From: Candidatus Undinarchaeota archaeon
GTDB taxonomy: Archaea; SpSt-1190; JASMDC01
NCBI GenBank assembly: GCA_964519305.1
Contig: CAZFHY010000001.1
Span: 314,132-378,131 of the forward strand
Length of the DNA: 64,000 nt
Direction of reading: 5' to 3'
Positions 1-9,585 of this stretch are shown piece after piece. Below the pieces are notes generated by a model, which ran no database searches, was not told the DNA's origin, and was given only the letters and a program-made list of their open reading frames with translations. Position 1 is the stretch's first letter. Each line of letters starts with the position of its first letter. Position numbers and translations under genes: made by a program.

Positions 1-66
1 CAGATACATTATCCCGACCAGCACAGCGATCAGGGGGAGCAGGGCGAGGAAAAAGTGCAATGCCAT
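1..66 (-). CDS. N-terminus of a membrane protein running off the window (possibly L-lactate permease-like)
   Basis: ATG at 66 reads MALHFFLALLPLIAVLVGIMYL; hydrophobic; divergent from paaK across a TTTAAA box near 92-97. Confidence 0.45.
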   Translation of the reverse strand, partial: MALHFFLALLPLIAVLVGIMYL

Positions 67-149
67 GTCAGGGCGCACTCACTGAATAGTATTTAAACAT
101 GTTTTCAAGGGCCACCTGCTGAACTACACGATCATTAGAGGTTTTTACA

Positions 150-1451
150 ATGGTCTCTACAGATGCTATCTGGAACCCGAAGGTCGAGACGATGCCCGTC
201 AAGGAGCTAAAGGAGCTCCAGCTCAAGCGCTTGAGGTGGGTGGTCGACCACGCATACAAGAACAACAGGGTCTACCATGACAATTTCAAGTCCGCGGGGC
301 TCAAGCCCGGCGACATAAAGACACTGGACGACCTGGCCAAGATACCCTTCCTCACCAAGGACGATCTGCGCAATTCCTACCCGTTCGGGATGGTGTGTGT
401 CCCCATGGACAAGGTCATCGAGATCCACGCTTCCAGCGGTACCACGGGAAAGCCCGTGGTCGGGACTTACACCAAAGGCGACCTGGGCGTCTGGTCGGAG
501 GTCATGGCACGGGCCATCCGCGCAAACAACCTGAAGGCGGGCGACAGGATGCACAACGCCTACGGCTACGGCCTGTTCACCGGCGCGCACGGATTCGAAC
601 GGGGAGCCCAGACCGCGGGTGTCACCGTGTTCCCCCTCAGCTCCGGCAATACCAAACGTCAGATCAACATGATGAAGGACCTTGGTTCCACCGGTCTTGC
701 TTGCACTCCGAGCTACTCGCTGTACCTCGCCGAGGCAGCTCAGGAGATGGGACTCGACCCTCAGACGGACCTCTCGATCAAGTCCGGTCTTTTCGGAGCG
801 GAGAGCTGGGGCGAAGAGCTGCGCAAGACCATCAACAAGGTCTGGGACATGGAGGCGTTCGACCACTACGGCCTCACCGAGGTCATCGGTCCCGGCGTGT
901 CAGTTGAGTGCGGCCAGCACGACGGGCTCCACATCAACGCGGACCACTTCCTTCCCGAGATCATCGATCCCAAGACCGGTGAGCGCCTCGAGCCCGGGGA
1001 GAAGGGCGAACTGGTGTTCACCAGCCTTACAAAGGAAGCCTTCCCCTCAATCCGATTCAGGACCAAGGACATCTCTATCCTCTACGAGGACGTGTGCGAG
1101 TGCGGCCGGACCTCCCCCCGACATGCCCGGCTAATGGGACGGAGCGACGACATGATGAAGGTCAAGGGCGTCATCGTGTTCCCCAAGCAGATCGAGGAAG
1201 CGGTCATGAGCGTCAGTGGCGTGAGCGAGAACTACCAGATCGTGAAGTTCAAGAAGGGAGTCATCACTAACCTGGCGGTAAGGGTCGAGCCCACATCGTC
1301 AAGGCACAAGGAAGGCGGGCTGGACGCTCTCAAGAAGCAGATCGAGGACGAGATCTTCGCAATTCTGAACCTGCGCATCCCGGCCACCATCGTCGCACCC
1401 GGCTCTATCCCACGGAGCGAGGGCAAGGCCAAGCGCGTGGTCGAGGAGTAG
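150..1451 (+). CDS. paaK: Phenylacetate--CoA ligase family protein
   Basis: HASSGTTGKP, YGYGLFTG, YGLTEVIGPG, GRSDDM and C-terminal GKAKRV motifs. Confidence 0.9.
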   Translation: MVSTDAIWNPKVETMPVKELKELQLKRLRWVVDHAYKNNRVYHDNFKSAGLKPGDIKTLDDLAKIPFLTKDDLRNSYPFGMVCVPMDKVIEIHASSGTTGKPVVGTYTKGDLGVWSEVMARAIRANNLKAGDRMHNAYGYGLFTGAHGFERGAQTAGVTVFPLSSGNTKRQINMMKDLGSTGLACTPSYSLYLAEAAQEMGLDPQTDLSIKSGLFGAESWGEELRKTINKVWDMEAFDHYGLTEVIGPGVSVECGQHDGLHINADHFLPEIIDPKTGERLEPGEKGELVFTSLTKEAFPSIRFRTKDISILYEDVCECGRTSPRHARLMGRSDDMMKVKGVIVFPKQIEEAVMSVSGVSENYQIVKFKKGVITNLAVRVEPTSSRHKEGGLDALKKQIEDEIFAILNLRIPATIVAPGSIPRSEGKAKRVVEE

Positions 1452-1476
1452 GTAAGGCAGAAGGCATTATCAGGAT

Positions 1477-1502
1477 CCCTGGGGGCTCATCTGCCCCCGG
1501 GG
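1477..1502. terminator. GC-rich hairpin between convergent paaK and citF
   Basis: CCCTGGGGGC-6 nt loop-GCCCCCGGGG between two stop codons. Confidence 0.45.
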
Positions 1503-1513
1503 GTGCCCCTCGT

Positions 1514-3064
1514 CTATCGGATTATCGGTTGTCGCACCACGTCCAGCACCGTCCCGTCCCGGTTCTCCACCACGGCGATGATGCGGTCAGTGGTCTCTAG
1601 GGGCGGTAATCTGGACGCGTCCTTCTGCGCCATATCGTACAGCTCGTTAATGGTGACGATGGGCAGCTCTGTATCCCTGTAATGGTCGATGAGGTCGCGG
1701 CGTCGGGGATTGATAGCGATACCCCTATCGGTGACGACGACGTCCACGGTCTCGCCGGGAGTGGTCACGGTGGTCACCGTGTCCACGATGGGAGTGATGC
1801 GCCGGCGGCCGCGGACCAATGGCACTGTGATGATGGTGGTGTTCGCCCCTGACGCCACATCCTGGTGACCTCCGATGCCGTGGAGGAGCATACCGTCCGA
1901 GTGGGTAACGACGTTCGCGTTGAACTTCAGGTCCACCTCGGTGGCGCCCAGGATACCGAAGTCCAGCATATCAACCACGTTCCCACGGTTGTGGATGTTG
2001 GCATAGAACTCCACGTTGACCTCAACATGCCGAGGATCGTCGCGTAGCGAGCCGATGGCCACCGGGTCGAACGCCTGACCATCGAGCACCTTGCGGGTGG
2101 TGCCGTCCCGGAGCATTTCGACCACGGGGCGTGTGATGCCGCCGACGATGAAGCCAGCGGTAATCTTCTGCTCCTTCATGGCGGTGTTGACGTGGCCCAT
2201 GGTGGCCAGCGACATCCCACCGACGCCCGCTTGGAAGGATACGCCGTCCCGGAAGAGAGGATGGCTTTGGATGAAGTCGGCCGCCAGCCTGGCGATGGAG
2301 AGCTTGACCGGGTCGCTCGTGGGGCTCGTGGTCCCCGATACGATCTTCTCCGGATACCCTATATTATCGACCTTGACCACGTAATCCACGAGGGTCTGTG
2401 CTATACTGATGGGCGTTGCCGGGTAGGGGACGAGGTTGTCGGTGACCGCGACGACCTGGTCTGCGAACAACGCGTCACTTATAGCGCTCCCCAGTGCGCC
2501 GAAGGCAGAGGGGCCGTTCACACCGTTCAGGTTCCCGTAAGGATCGCACTCGGAGGCCGCGATGAACGCCACATCGATGCGTAGCTCACCGTCGTACATG
2601 GCACGAGCACGACCACCGTGCGAGCGCAGGATGACCGGGCCGGGGAGGAGGCCTCTGGACACGCCAGCGCCCACGGGGCCGTTGCAGCTCCCTTCCATCC
2701 GTACGACCACGCCGCTGCGGACATGGTCGAGGACCGGCTCGTGCACGGGGAAGAAGGCGGTAGGGGCCACGGTTATCCCCTTGATGCCCTTCTTTGCGAT
2801 GCGGTCGAGCACCATGTTGAGGAGGACATCACCATCCCGGTAGTAGTGCTGGAAGGACACGGTCATCCCATCGGAGAGCCCGGTCCGATCGATGGCCTCG
2901 TCAATGGAGGCGAGCACCTTGTCCCGCCTTGGGTGGCACACCTTGAGCGGAGGACCGTGCCGACGGCCGGTCACCGGTTCTGTATGCTGACCACTGTAAG
3001 GCCTGACGGACCCGTACCCCTCGATCTCGTCCGGGAGCTCCCTACCGAGCGCATTGACCGGCAT
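1514..3064 (-). CDS. citF: Citrate lyase alpha subunit / citrate CoA-transferase
   Basis: GMTVSFQHYYRDGD, RSHGGRARA, SFQAGVGG, LGATEVD, GIGGHQD, TTPGETVDV, ENRDGTVLD match CitF. Confidence 0.88.
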   Translation of the reverse strand: MPVNALGRELPDEIEGYGSVRPYSGQHTEPVTGRRHGPPLKVCHPRRDKVLASIDEAIDRTGLSDGMTVSFQHYYRDGDVLLNMVLDRIAKKGIKGITVAPTAFFPVHEPVLDHVRSGVVVRMEGSCNGPVGAGVSRGLLPGPVILRSHGGRARAMYDGELRIDVAFIAASECDPYGNLNGVNGPSAFGALGSAISDALFADQVVAVTDNLVPYPATPISIAQTLVDYVVKVDNIGYPEKIVSGTTSPTSDPVKLSIARLAADFIQSHPLFRDGVSFQAGVGGMSLATMGHVNTAMKEQKITAGFIVGGITRPVVEMLRDGTTRKVLDGQAFDPVAIGSLRDDPRHVEVNVEFYANIHNRGNVVDMLDFGILGATEVDLKFNANVVTHSDGMLLHGIGGHQDVASGANTTIITVPLVRGRRRITPIVDTVTTVTTPGETVDVVVTDRGIAINPRRRDLIDHYRDTELPIVTINELYDMAQKDASRLPPLETTDRIIAVVENRDGTVLDVVRQPIIR

Positions 3065-3070
3065 GAGCTG

Positions 3071-5224
3071 TCACTCGAGATGCCGATCTGCCGGCCCCTT
3101 GTACTTAGCGTCGGAGAAGTTTATCCGGCGCATCTTGTTCTGGCTTAGGACCTCCTCGAAGTAGTGGGCCGAAAGACCCGCCACCCGTCCATAGATGAAC
3201 ACGGCCTTGGCCAGGGCAGGGTCAAGCCCCATGTCCGCGATGACGGCACCGATGACACCATCCACGTTGATGGGCAGGTTCAATCCACGCACCTGGGACA
3301 ATACTTCGGTGATGAGCTTCGAAGCGGCCACGTGGTCGCCGGCCACACCGGCGTCCCCTGACATTGTCCACAAGGCATCACGCCGCGGGTCCTTGGTATG
3401 GACACGGTGGCCCATGCCTTCGATACGACGCCCTGCGTTGATGGCTTCCTTGGTCCGACGCCGGAGCGCCTCGGTGAGGTCGATGCTCTCTTCGGCAGCG
3501 AGCTCCACCGACGAGCGGAAGAACGCGGCCGCCTTGGCCCCGGCCCCCCCGTGCACATCAGTGATAGCGCCCACGCCATGGGCTACAGAGACCTCGTAGG
3601 CGGCCCGTGTCGAGGCAGCGATTAGGGTGGCCTGCGCCGAGGGCGGGGTCACACCGTGATCAACACTGGCCACGACCATGGCCTCGACCAGTTCGGCCCG
3701 GGCGGGATCTATCTCGTTTTGTCCGCTCACCGCACGCCAGATGAGTTCCCGGGGCGATGCTTTGGGATCCGCGTCATCCAACGCATCTCCGGTCCCTAGG
3801 ATGACCGCCAGATAACGGGACATGCGACCCAGCGCGAACACGGTCTTCTCGACCTGGGCATTAGCTCCCTTCTCGGGGAGAGCGGCAAGGCCGTCATCGA
3901 GCAGCAGGCACTTGGCCAGCGTCTTTGAGATGTCCTCGTCCTTGGAACGCTTGACTGCAGGGCCGGGGCTGGCCGCGGCCTCGCGGAACACCTGCTCAAG
4001 GAACGTCCGCTCCTCGTCAGTGGGGAAGCGCTGCCTGACCAGCAGCGAGGCCATCTCGACGATGCCCTTCTTCCCGATGAGCTCTTGGAGCGGGTAGCCT
4101 GCTATGACCAGATTATTGGGCTCGACCTTGGTGATGAGCGTGCCCCATGACGCCTTGTCTGGAGGCTCCTCCCAGGTAGTGCGCATCCGCTCGTAATAAC
4201 GGTCGACGTCGAAGTACGTCTTTCCGCCGAGGTTCTCCTTTACCGCCTTGATGAGGTCATGCTGGCTGTTCACCACAGTGACACCAGCGGCTTCCAGCGC
4301 TTCCTTCTTGGATGCGAAGGTACCGTAGGCGGTCCCGGGCGAGACGATGGCCCCAGCATGACCCATGGTCTTGCCCTCCGGTGCGTTGGCACCGGAGATG
4401 AGGGCTACGATGGGCTTGGGGTAGCGCTCGGGATGCTTGGTTATGTCCTCGGCCAGGAGCTCCTCCTGACACCCGCCGATCTCGCCAGCCACGACCACTA
4501 GGTCCGTGTTGGAGTACGACTGGGCCAGCGGTACAAGAATGGGGAACGGTGCGCCGATAGCGCCGTCGCCGCCCACACCGAGCACCGCGTTCTGAGCGAT
4601 GCCTGCTGACGCAAGACCGTCCGACATATGGTACAGGATGGCCCCACTGCGTGAGATGATCGTGACCCCATGGGCACCTGCCTTCCCTGGCGCGGGTTCT
4701 GCGGGATGGAACACATCGGGTAGCATCCCGGCCTTGATCCCTTCGGGAGGAAAGATGACGCCCGGAGTGTTCCCGCCGATGAGCAGTGTGTTGTTCTTGC
4801 GGGCCGCAACGAGTATATCGCGGACATCACGCAGGGGGATGCCCTCACTGATGAGCACGACCACGGGGACGCCCGCCTCGATGACCTCAAGGGCCGCGTC
4901 CTTGGCGGTAGCGTAGTGTCTCCAGATGCTGGCAACGGCCACGTCCGGATGCTCGGACAGGCACTCGGCGACGGTATCGTACACGGGAACGGTCTCGTGG
5001 ACCCGCGTCCCGCCACGTCCGGGAGCGATGCCTGCGACTATGTCCGTGCCGTAGTCCATCATGAGCCCAGCGTGCCTGGTCCCCTGGCGACCGAGGCCGA
5101 GGATTATCGACTCGATGCGCTTAGATCCCTTGATCCGCTCGGCCAGTTCGGGCCGTCGTTCATTGATTATATGGAACAGGAAACCCTGGTCGGCGGGCAG
5201 CCGTTCGAGGGGCATGACGCTCAT
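3071..5224 (-). CDS. aclA: ATP-citrate lyase alpha-like subunit: SucD-like CoA-binding/ligase domain fused to citryl-CoA lyase (citrate synthase-like) domain
   Basis: SRSG, GGD and phospho-His motif MGHAGA; C-terminal DHGVTPPSA, HGGAG, GMGHRVH, DPR, NVDG. Confidence 0.8.
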   Translation of the reverse strand: MSVMPLERLPADQGFLFHIINERRPELAERIKGSKRIESIILGLGRQGTRHAGLMMDYGTDIVAGIAPGRGGTRVHETVPVYDTVAECLSEHPDVAVASIWRHYATAKDAALEVIEAGVPVVVLISEGIPLRDVRDILVAARKNNTLLIGGNTPGVIFPPEGIKAGMLPDVFHPAEPAPGKAGAHGVTIISRSGAILYHMSDGLASAGIAQNAVLGVGGDGAIGAPFPILVPLAQSYSNTDLVVVAGEIGGCQEELLAEDITKHPERYPKPIVALISGANAPEGKTMGHAGAIVSPGTAYGTFASKKEALEAAGVTVVNSQHDLIKAVKENLGGKTYFDVDRYYERMRTTWEEPPDKASWGTLITKVEPNNLVIAGYPLQELIGKKGIVEMASLLVRQRFPTDEERTFLEQVFREAAASPGPAVKRSKDEDISKTLAKCLLLDDGLAALPEKGANAQVEKTVFALGRMSRYLAVILGTGDALDDADPKASPRELIWRAVSGQNEIDPARAELVEAMVVASVDHGVTPPSAQATLIAASTRAAYEVSVAHGVGAITDVHGGAGAKAAAFFRSSVELAAEESIDLTEALRRRTKEAINAGRRIEGMGHRVHTKDPRRDALWTMSGDAGVAGDHVAASKLITEVLSQVRGLNLPINVDGVIGAVIADMGLDPALAKAVFIYGRVAGLSAHYFEEVLSQNKMRRINFSDAKYKGPADRHLE

Positions 5225-6498
5225 GCCTTCACCCCCTTGGTATCCAGCGCCTCTTTTAGACCGAACCGGATGACGTCGGCCATGATGCGCTCGTTGCCCA
5301 CTACCAGATGAAGCTCGCGCAGCTCGTCCGGCGTCTCGATGATCGCTTTCTCGAGGAATGTGCGAGCGGAGGGCAGGTCGGTCCCCACCATTCTTCCATA
5401 GACCGGCACGAGGCGTTTGTTGTCGCTGTGCCGTTCTCGCAGGGCCTGAACAAGCCCGCGGATGAACACGTCACAAGATGATATCCCACCGAACCGCGAT
5501 GTGACGACCACGTCCACACGGGGATCGTCCATGAGCAGGTGGAACATCTCGGCGACCTTGTTCTGACTGGGGCCTCCGCCGCTGTCCATGAAGTTCACGG
5601 GGACGGCTCGATCGTCCAGGTACCTCTTGCTGACGTTCACGACCTCGTCGATCGAGAAAATACCGTACCCGGCGCCACCAGGTACCAGACCAACGTAGAC
5701 CTTCTCAGGGTCCTTCTTCAGGTCCAGGGGTAAAAGGTCGACGTAGGGGAATCCAGCGTCACGGGCCCGGCGCTCATTGGCGGTGGGTTCGGCGACGTCG
5801 TGGCGCACGCTCCCGATGCCGAGCTGGGCGAGGAGCGCCTTCTGGCGATAGAGAGCATTATCGTCGATCACGAGCTTCGCGTCCACTGCCAACGGGCCCT
5901 CCGGTGTTATGAGGAGGGGATTGATCTCGCATACCTTGGCATCGACGTCCTGATAGAGGGCGTACACCCTGGCCACGACATCGGCCAGTTGCTCGACATC
6001 GGCGCCGGGTAGGTCCTTGGCGAGGAACTCGGCCAGTTTCCGGACAGTCTCTACGGGTAGTTCGGAACCATTGGACGTGATGGGCACTTTCATGATCGCC
6101 TCAGGCCGTGTGCGCGCCACCTCTTCGATGTCGACGCCACCGGAGGCGCTCACCATCATCACGTTGGTGTAGGTCGCAGGTTCCATGGTGGCGCCTACGT
6201 AGCAGGCGCCCTTTTCCTCGGCCATGGCCTCCACGGCGACCGTCTCTACAGGGTAGCCTTTGATGGACAGCGAAAATAGCTCGGCGACCGCGGACTTGGC
6301 CTCTTCAGGGGTCTTTGCCCGTTTGATACCACCGGCCTTACCCCTGCCACCCACAAGCACCATCGACTTGAGCATGACCGGGTACTTCACATCCAGCGAC
6401 CCGAACTCCTCGGGTTTGTGGATGACACCATAGAGAGCGGGTACCTTGATACCCTTGCTCACGAACACCTTCTTTGCCTCGTGCTCATAAAGACGCAT
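5221..6498 (-). CDS. aclB: ATP-grasp subunit, SucC/AclB-like
   Basis: MRLYEHEAK, GGRGKAGGIK, GGVDIEE, EINPL, DAK; 4-nt overlap with the alpha-subunit gene. Confidence 0.75.
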   Translation of the reverse strand: MRLYEHEAKKVFVSKGIKVPALYGVIHKPEEFGSLDVKYPVMLKSMVLVGGRGKAGGIKRAKTPEEAKSAVAELFSLSIKGYPVETVAVEAMAEEKGACYVGATMEPATYTNVMMVSASGGVDIEEVARTRPEAIMKVPITSNGSELPVETVRKLAEFLAKDLPGADVEQLADVVARVYALYQDVDAKVCEINPLLITPEGPLAVDAKLVIDDNALYRQKALLAQLGIGSVRHDVAEPTANERRARDAGFPYVDLLPLDLKKDPEKVYVGLVPGGAGYGIFSIDEVVNVSKRYLDDRAVPVNFMDSGGGPSQNKVAEMFHLLMDDPRVDVVVTSRFGGISSCDVFIRGLVQALRERHSDNKRLVPVYGRMVGTDLPSARTFLEKAIIETPDELRELHLVVGNERIMADVIRFGLKEALDTKGVKA

Positions 6499-6610
6499 GA
6501 TCTGTAACCTCCATTATCAGGCGTGCACGCCCACTGGCCACATAGAAGGAGGAAATAAAAAGGTTGGTAAGGAACGCTGGCCCACACCACTACGGGACCG
6601 GGATGGCACC

Positions 6611-6871
6611 ATGATACGTCTGCGCACCGCCTTCAAGGTCGAGGAGCTGATTCCTTACGAGGTGGACTGCGCCGACCATTATTTCCTCCCCGGCCCGGAC
6701 CGACGCGTGCGGCACCCTGATCCCTTCTGGGTGTACGAGGTACCGGCAGAGGTGCTCCTAGGCAGCGCTTTGGACGATGACGTGGACCTTGGGAGCATCC
6801 CGGACAAGAAGGCTTTCTTCGAGGCGGTCAAGCAGCTCAAGGAACGCTTAACTGGAGGCGAAAGAGCATGA
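6611..6871 (+). CDS. Small hypothetical protein
   Basis: Probable ATG at 6611; stop overlaps the next start (ATGA). Confidence 0.55.
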   Translation: MIRLRTAFKVEELIPYEVDCADHYFLPGPDRRVRHPDPFWVYEVPAEVLLGSALDDDVDLGSIPDKKAFFEAVKQLKERLTGGERA

Positions 6872-7797
6872 AGGACATGATCCTGACATATCTTGAACAG
6901 CACGGCCCGAGCCTGCCTGTCGAGGTGAGCTCGGACATGGAAGAGGATTCTCTCATCGTCGCCGCAATGCTCTCGGACCTGTCGCATCAGAAGCAGCTCA
7001 TCCACTCCAGGATGCGTGTCGGCTCGGTCTCTTTGTACGCGCTCCCGTCGCAGGCGGACGCTCTCCGAGAAAGACTGCGGAGAGATTTCATACAGGAGCC
7101 GGCCCAAGGCGCGATAACCCGCTTGGAGCGCGAGCATCTCATCATGGAGGAGGAGGCCCGGGGTCCTGAGCGGAAGGCGTTCGACATGGCAGCGGACTTC
7201 GCTGAACCATTGCGCATCCGTGTCGAGGGACGTGAGGTCCGATGCTGGGCGTGGCACGGGCTCACCGATGAAGAGGTCCGTACGCTGGTGGAGCGCAAGC
7301 TCATGCCCGCGGTGGAAAAGCCCGATGTGCCTGAACCACAGCCGACGGCACCCCCCGCGGCGCCCGCCCAGACTACCCTCCCTGTCCAGCAGCCCGCGCC
7401 AAGACCGGAACCGGCACCCGCGCCGGTCCCCGAACCCGCACCACCGCCAGTGAATGAAGCGGGCCTTGGCGAGGTCCCGCCGTCCGCAGCACCACTGCTA
7501 TCCCTGCTCAAGGGCTGGGGGCTGGACGTGCTCTCCCTGGAGGAGGAACGTAAGGGGACCGCGTACGGCGGACTGGTCGGTGCCGCTACGCCAGCGGGCG
7601 TCCAGACGTATATCCTGCGTTACCGTAACCTGAAGAAACAGGTGGGCCCCACTGACCTCATGGAGGCCTATGTCCAGGGTGTCGAGTCCAAGACACCGGT
7701 GCTCTACATCTCGGCTTCCGGCTTCTCCGACAAGGCACGAAAGTACCACCAGGAGAACTTCCCCAACTTCATCCTCCTCGTCGAGGGAGGGACCTGA
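6868..7797 (+). CDS. Winged-helix protein with Pro-rich linker and C-terminal Mrr/PD-(D/E)xK-like domain
   Basis: N-terminal YLEQHGPSLPVEV...SRMRVGSVSLYALP; long P/A/E linker; C-terminal VLYISASGFSDKAR typical of Mrr-like folds. Confidence 0.6.
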   Translation: MKDMILTYLEQHGPSLPVEVSSDMEEDSLIVAAMLSDLSHQKQLIHSRMRVGSVSLYALPSQADALRERLRRDFIQEPAQGAITRLEREHLIMEEEARGPERKAFDMAADFAEPLRIRVEGREVRCWAWHGLTDEEVRTLVERKLMPAVEKPDVPEPQPTAPPAAPAQTTLPVQQPAPRPEPAPAPVPEPAPPPVNEAGLGEVPPSAAPLLSLLKGWGLDVLSLEEERKGTAYGGLVGAATPAGVQTYILRYRNLKKQVGPTDLMEAYVQGVESKTPVLYISASGFSDKARKYHQENFPNFILLVEGGT

Positions 7798-7799
7798 CC

Positions 7800-8075
7800 A
7801 TGGCACGGTTCCGCTGGTCCGAAAGCGTGGTGTCAGGTAAGGACGACCACGGTATGTACCTCCTCAACGAGAAGAGCGGGGAGACCAGCCGTTTGGACGA
7901 GGCCATGTTCTTCGTGTGGGCCCTCTGCGACGGTACCAGGAGCATCGAGGAGATGGCGCATCAACTGGCCGACGAGACAGGGGACCCGTACGAGGAGATG
8001 CTGTCGCTGGTGGCCAACATGCTCCGTTCGCTGGTGAACCTCCGTCTCGTGGTGCAGGTGGAAGAGACTCCTTGA
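7800..8075 (+). CDS. PqqD-family (RRE fold) small protein
   Basis: LDEAMFFVWALCDGTRSIEEMA...L...LV pattern, 91 aa. Confidence 0.75.
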   Translation: MARFRWSESVVSGKDDHGMYLLNEKSGETSRLDEAMFFVWALCDGTRSIEEMAHQLADETGDPYEEMLSLVANMLRSLVNLRLVVQVEETP

Positions 8076-8121
8076 ACCCCGAGTGATGGTTCTTTAAAGC
8101 TGACCCGCCCCACGAGGAAAC

Positions 8122-8652
8122 ATGGCGCTCTACCAGTTCGAGGACATCGCACCTACTGTCGGCGAGTCCTCCTTCGTACATTCCCACGCTGATGTCGTGG
8201 GTGACGTGATCATCGGCGAGAATTGCTGGATTGGTCCCGGGGTCCGCATCCGTGGCGATTGCGAGCAGATCGTCATCGGTGACGGGACAAGCATTCAGGA
8301 CAACTGCGTGATCCACACCCGTGACGGGATGGTAACGACCATCGGCTCCGATGTCACGATCGGACACTGTGCCATCCTCCACTCCTGCACGATCGAGGAC
8401 AAGGCCATCGTCGGTATGGGCGCTATCATCACCGACGGCGCCGTGGTGGGCACAGGTGCCATCGTAGCGGAGGGGGCCGTGGTCAAGGCACGCCTGGACG
8501 TCCCTGCGAACTCCATCGTCGCCGGTGTACCCGCCAAGATCGTCGGCGAGGTTAAGCCCGAACAACGTGAACGAGTGCTATTCGGAGTAACGCACTACAT
8601 CGACATGTGCACACGCTACAAGGAGAGCATGCACCGGATCGATGAGGGCTGA
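8122..8652 (+). CDS. Gamma-class carbonic anhydrase / PaaY-like hexapeptide-repeat protein
   Basis: IRGD, IQDNCVIH, TIGHCAILH, GVPAK; TTTAAA about 25 nt upstream. Confidence 0.9.
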   Translation: MALYQFEDIAPTVGESSFVHSHADVVGDVIIGENCWIGPGVRIRGDCEQIVIGDGTSIQDNCVIHTRDGMVTTIGSDVTIGHCAILHSCTIEDKAIVGMGAIITDGAVVGTGAIVAEGAVVKARLDVPANSIVAGVPAKIVGEVKPEQRERVLFGVTHYIDMCTRYKESMHRIDEG

Positions 8653-8697
8653 GCGGTCGCGGACAGATTATTAAGACTTGACCCGCTCGTTCTGGCC

Positions 8698-9585
8698 ATG
8701 ACGTCCTCCGTCGCGCTCGCGCCCGAGGAGGTGGCCCGACTGAAAGCCGCCCTCAAGGAGGCGGGCATCGCTACACAGGACGGAAGCTCGCAGTACGAGG
8801 AGCTGCGGGTGAAGGATGGCGCCATATTCCTGGTCCTGTACACGTCCGGGAAGGTGGTGTTCAACGACAATGATGCCACACGCGAGCTCCTGGACCGGGC
8901 GGTCGCCCGCGACACCGATGACCGGCGCATGGTGGCCGGTTCTGACGAAGCGGGAAAGGGCGAATGGTACGGTAGCCTGGTCGTCGCTGCAGTGGCAATC
9001 TCACCAGACACAGCCCAGGAGATGCGGCTCGCGGGAGTGCGCGACTCCAAGACCCTGGACCCCCGGCGCAGGGAGGTCCTGGCCGGCCGTGTGCGGGAGA
9101 TGGCTTCGGCCTATGAAGTGCTCGCCATCGATGTGGCCGACTACAACAACCGGTACGCGGCTCTCCGGATCGAGGGCGGTTCGCTCAACCACCTGCTCGC
9201 CTGGGCCCATGCCAAGGTACTGCGTGCAGTGCTTTCCACAGCACCCGAGGAACCGTGGCGTGTCGTCGTCGACCGCTTCGACGAACGCAAGACGGAACAG
9301 GCCCTTTCCTGGATCGACCGGTCCCGCGTGGAGGTCTTCCAGCTCGAGGGAGCGGAAGCTCGGGAACCCGCGGTGGCGGCGGCCAGCATCCTGGCAAAGG
9401 ACACCTTCGACCGTTCGGTCGCATCGCTGGAGGAACGCTACGGTGTGAGCCTGCGCGGCAGTCAGCCCAAGGACGTCCCGCCACAGGTAGTGCGCAAGGT
9501 GGGTAAGCACCACTTCGCCAACGTGGCAGCGCGCCTGAAACCACCCTCTGCACCATCCCAGGCCTCGCTGTCAAGGTGGTCCTGA
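8698..9585 (+). CDS. rnhC: Ribonuclease HIII (TBP-like N-domain plus RNase H2 domain)
   Basis: N-terminal LYTSGKVVF; GSDEAGKGEWYGSLVV, GVRDSK, VVDRF, VAAASILAK, KHHFAN. Confidence 0.8.
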   Translation: MTSSVALAPEEVARLKAALKEAGIATQDGSSQYEELRVKDGAIFLVLYTSGKVVFNDNDATRELLDRAVARDTDDRRMVAGSDEAGKGEWYGSLVVAAVAISPDTAQEMRLAGVRDSKTLDPRRREVLAGRVREMASAYEVLAIDVADYNNRYAALRIEGGSLNHLLAWAHAKVLRAVLSTAPEEPWRVVVDRFDERKTEQALSWIDRSRVEVFQLEGAEAREPAVAAASILAKDTFDRSVASLEERYGVSLRGSQPKDVPPQVVRKVGKHHFANVAARLKPPSAPSQASLSRWS

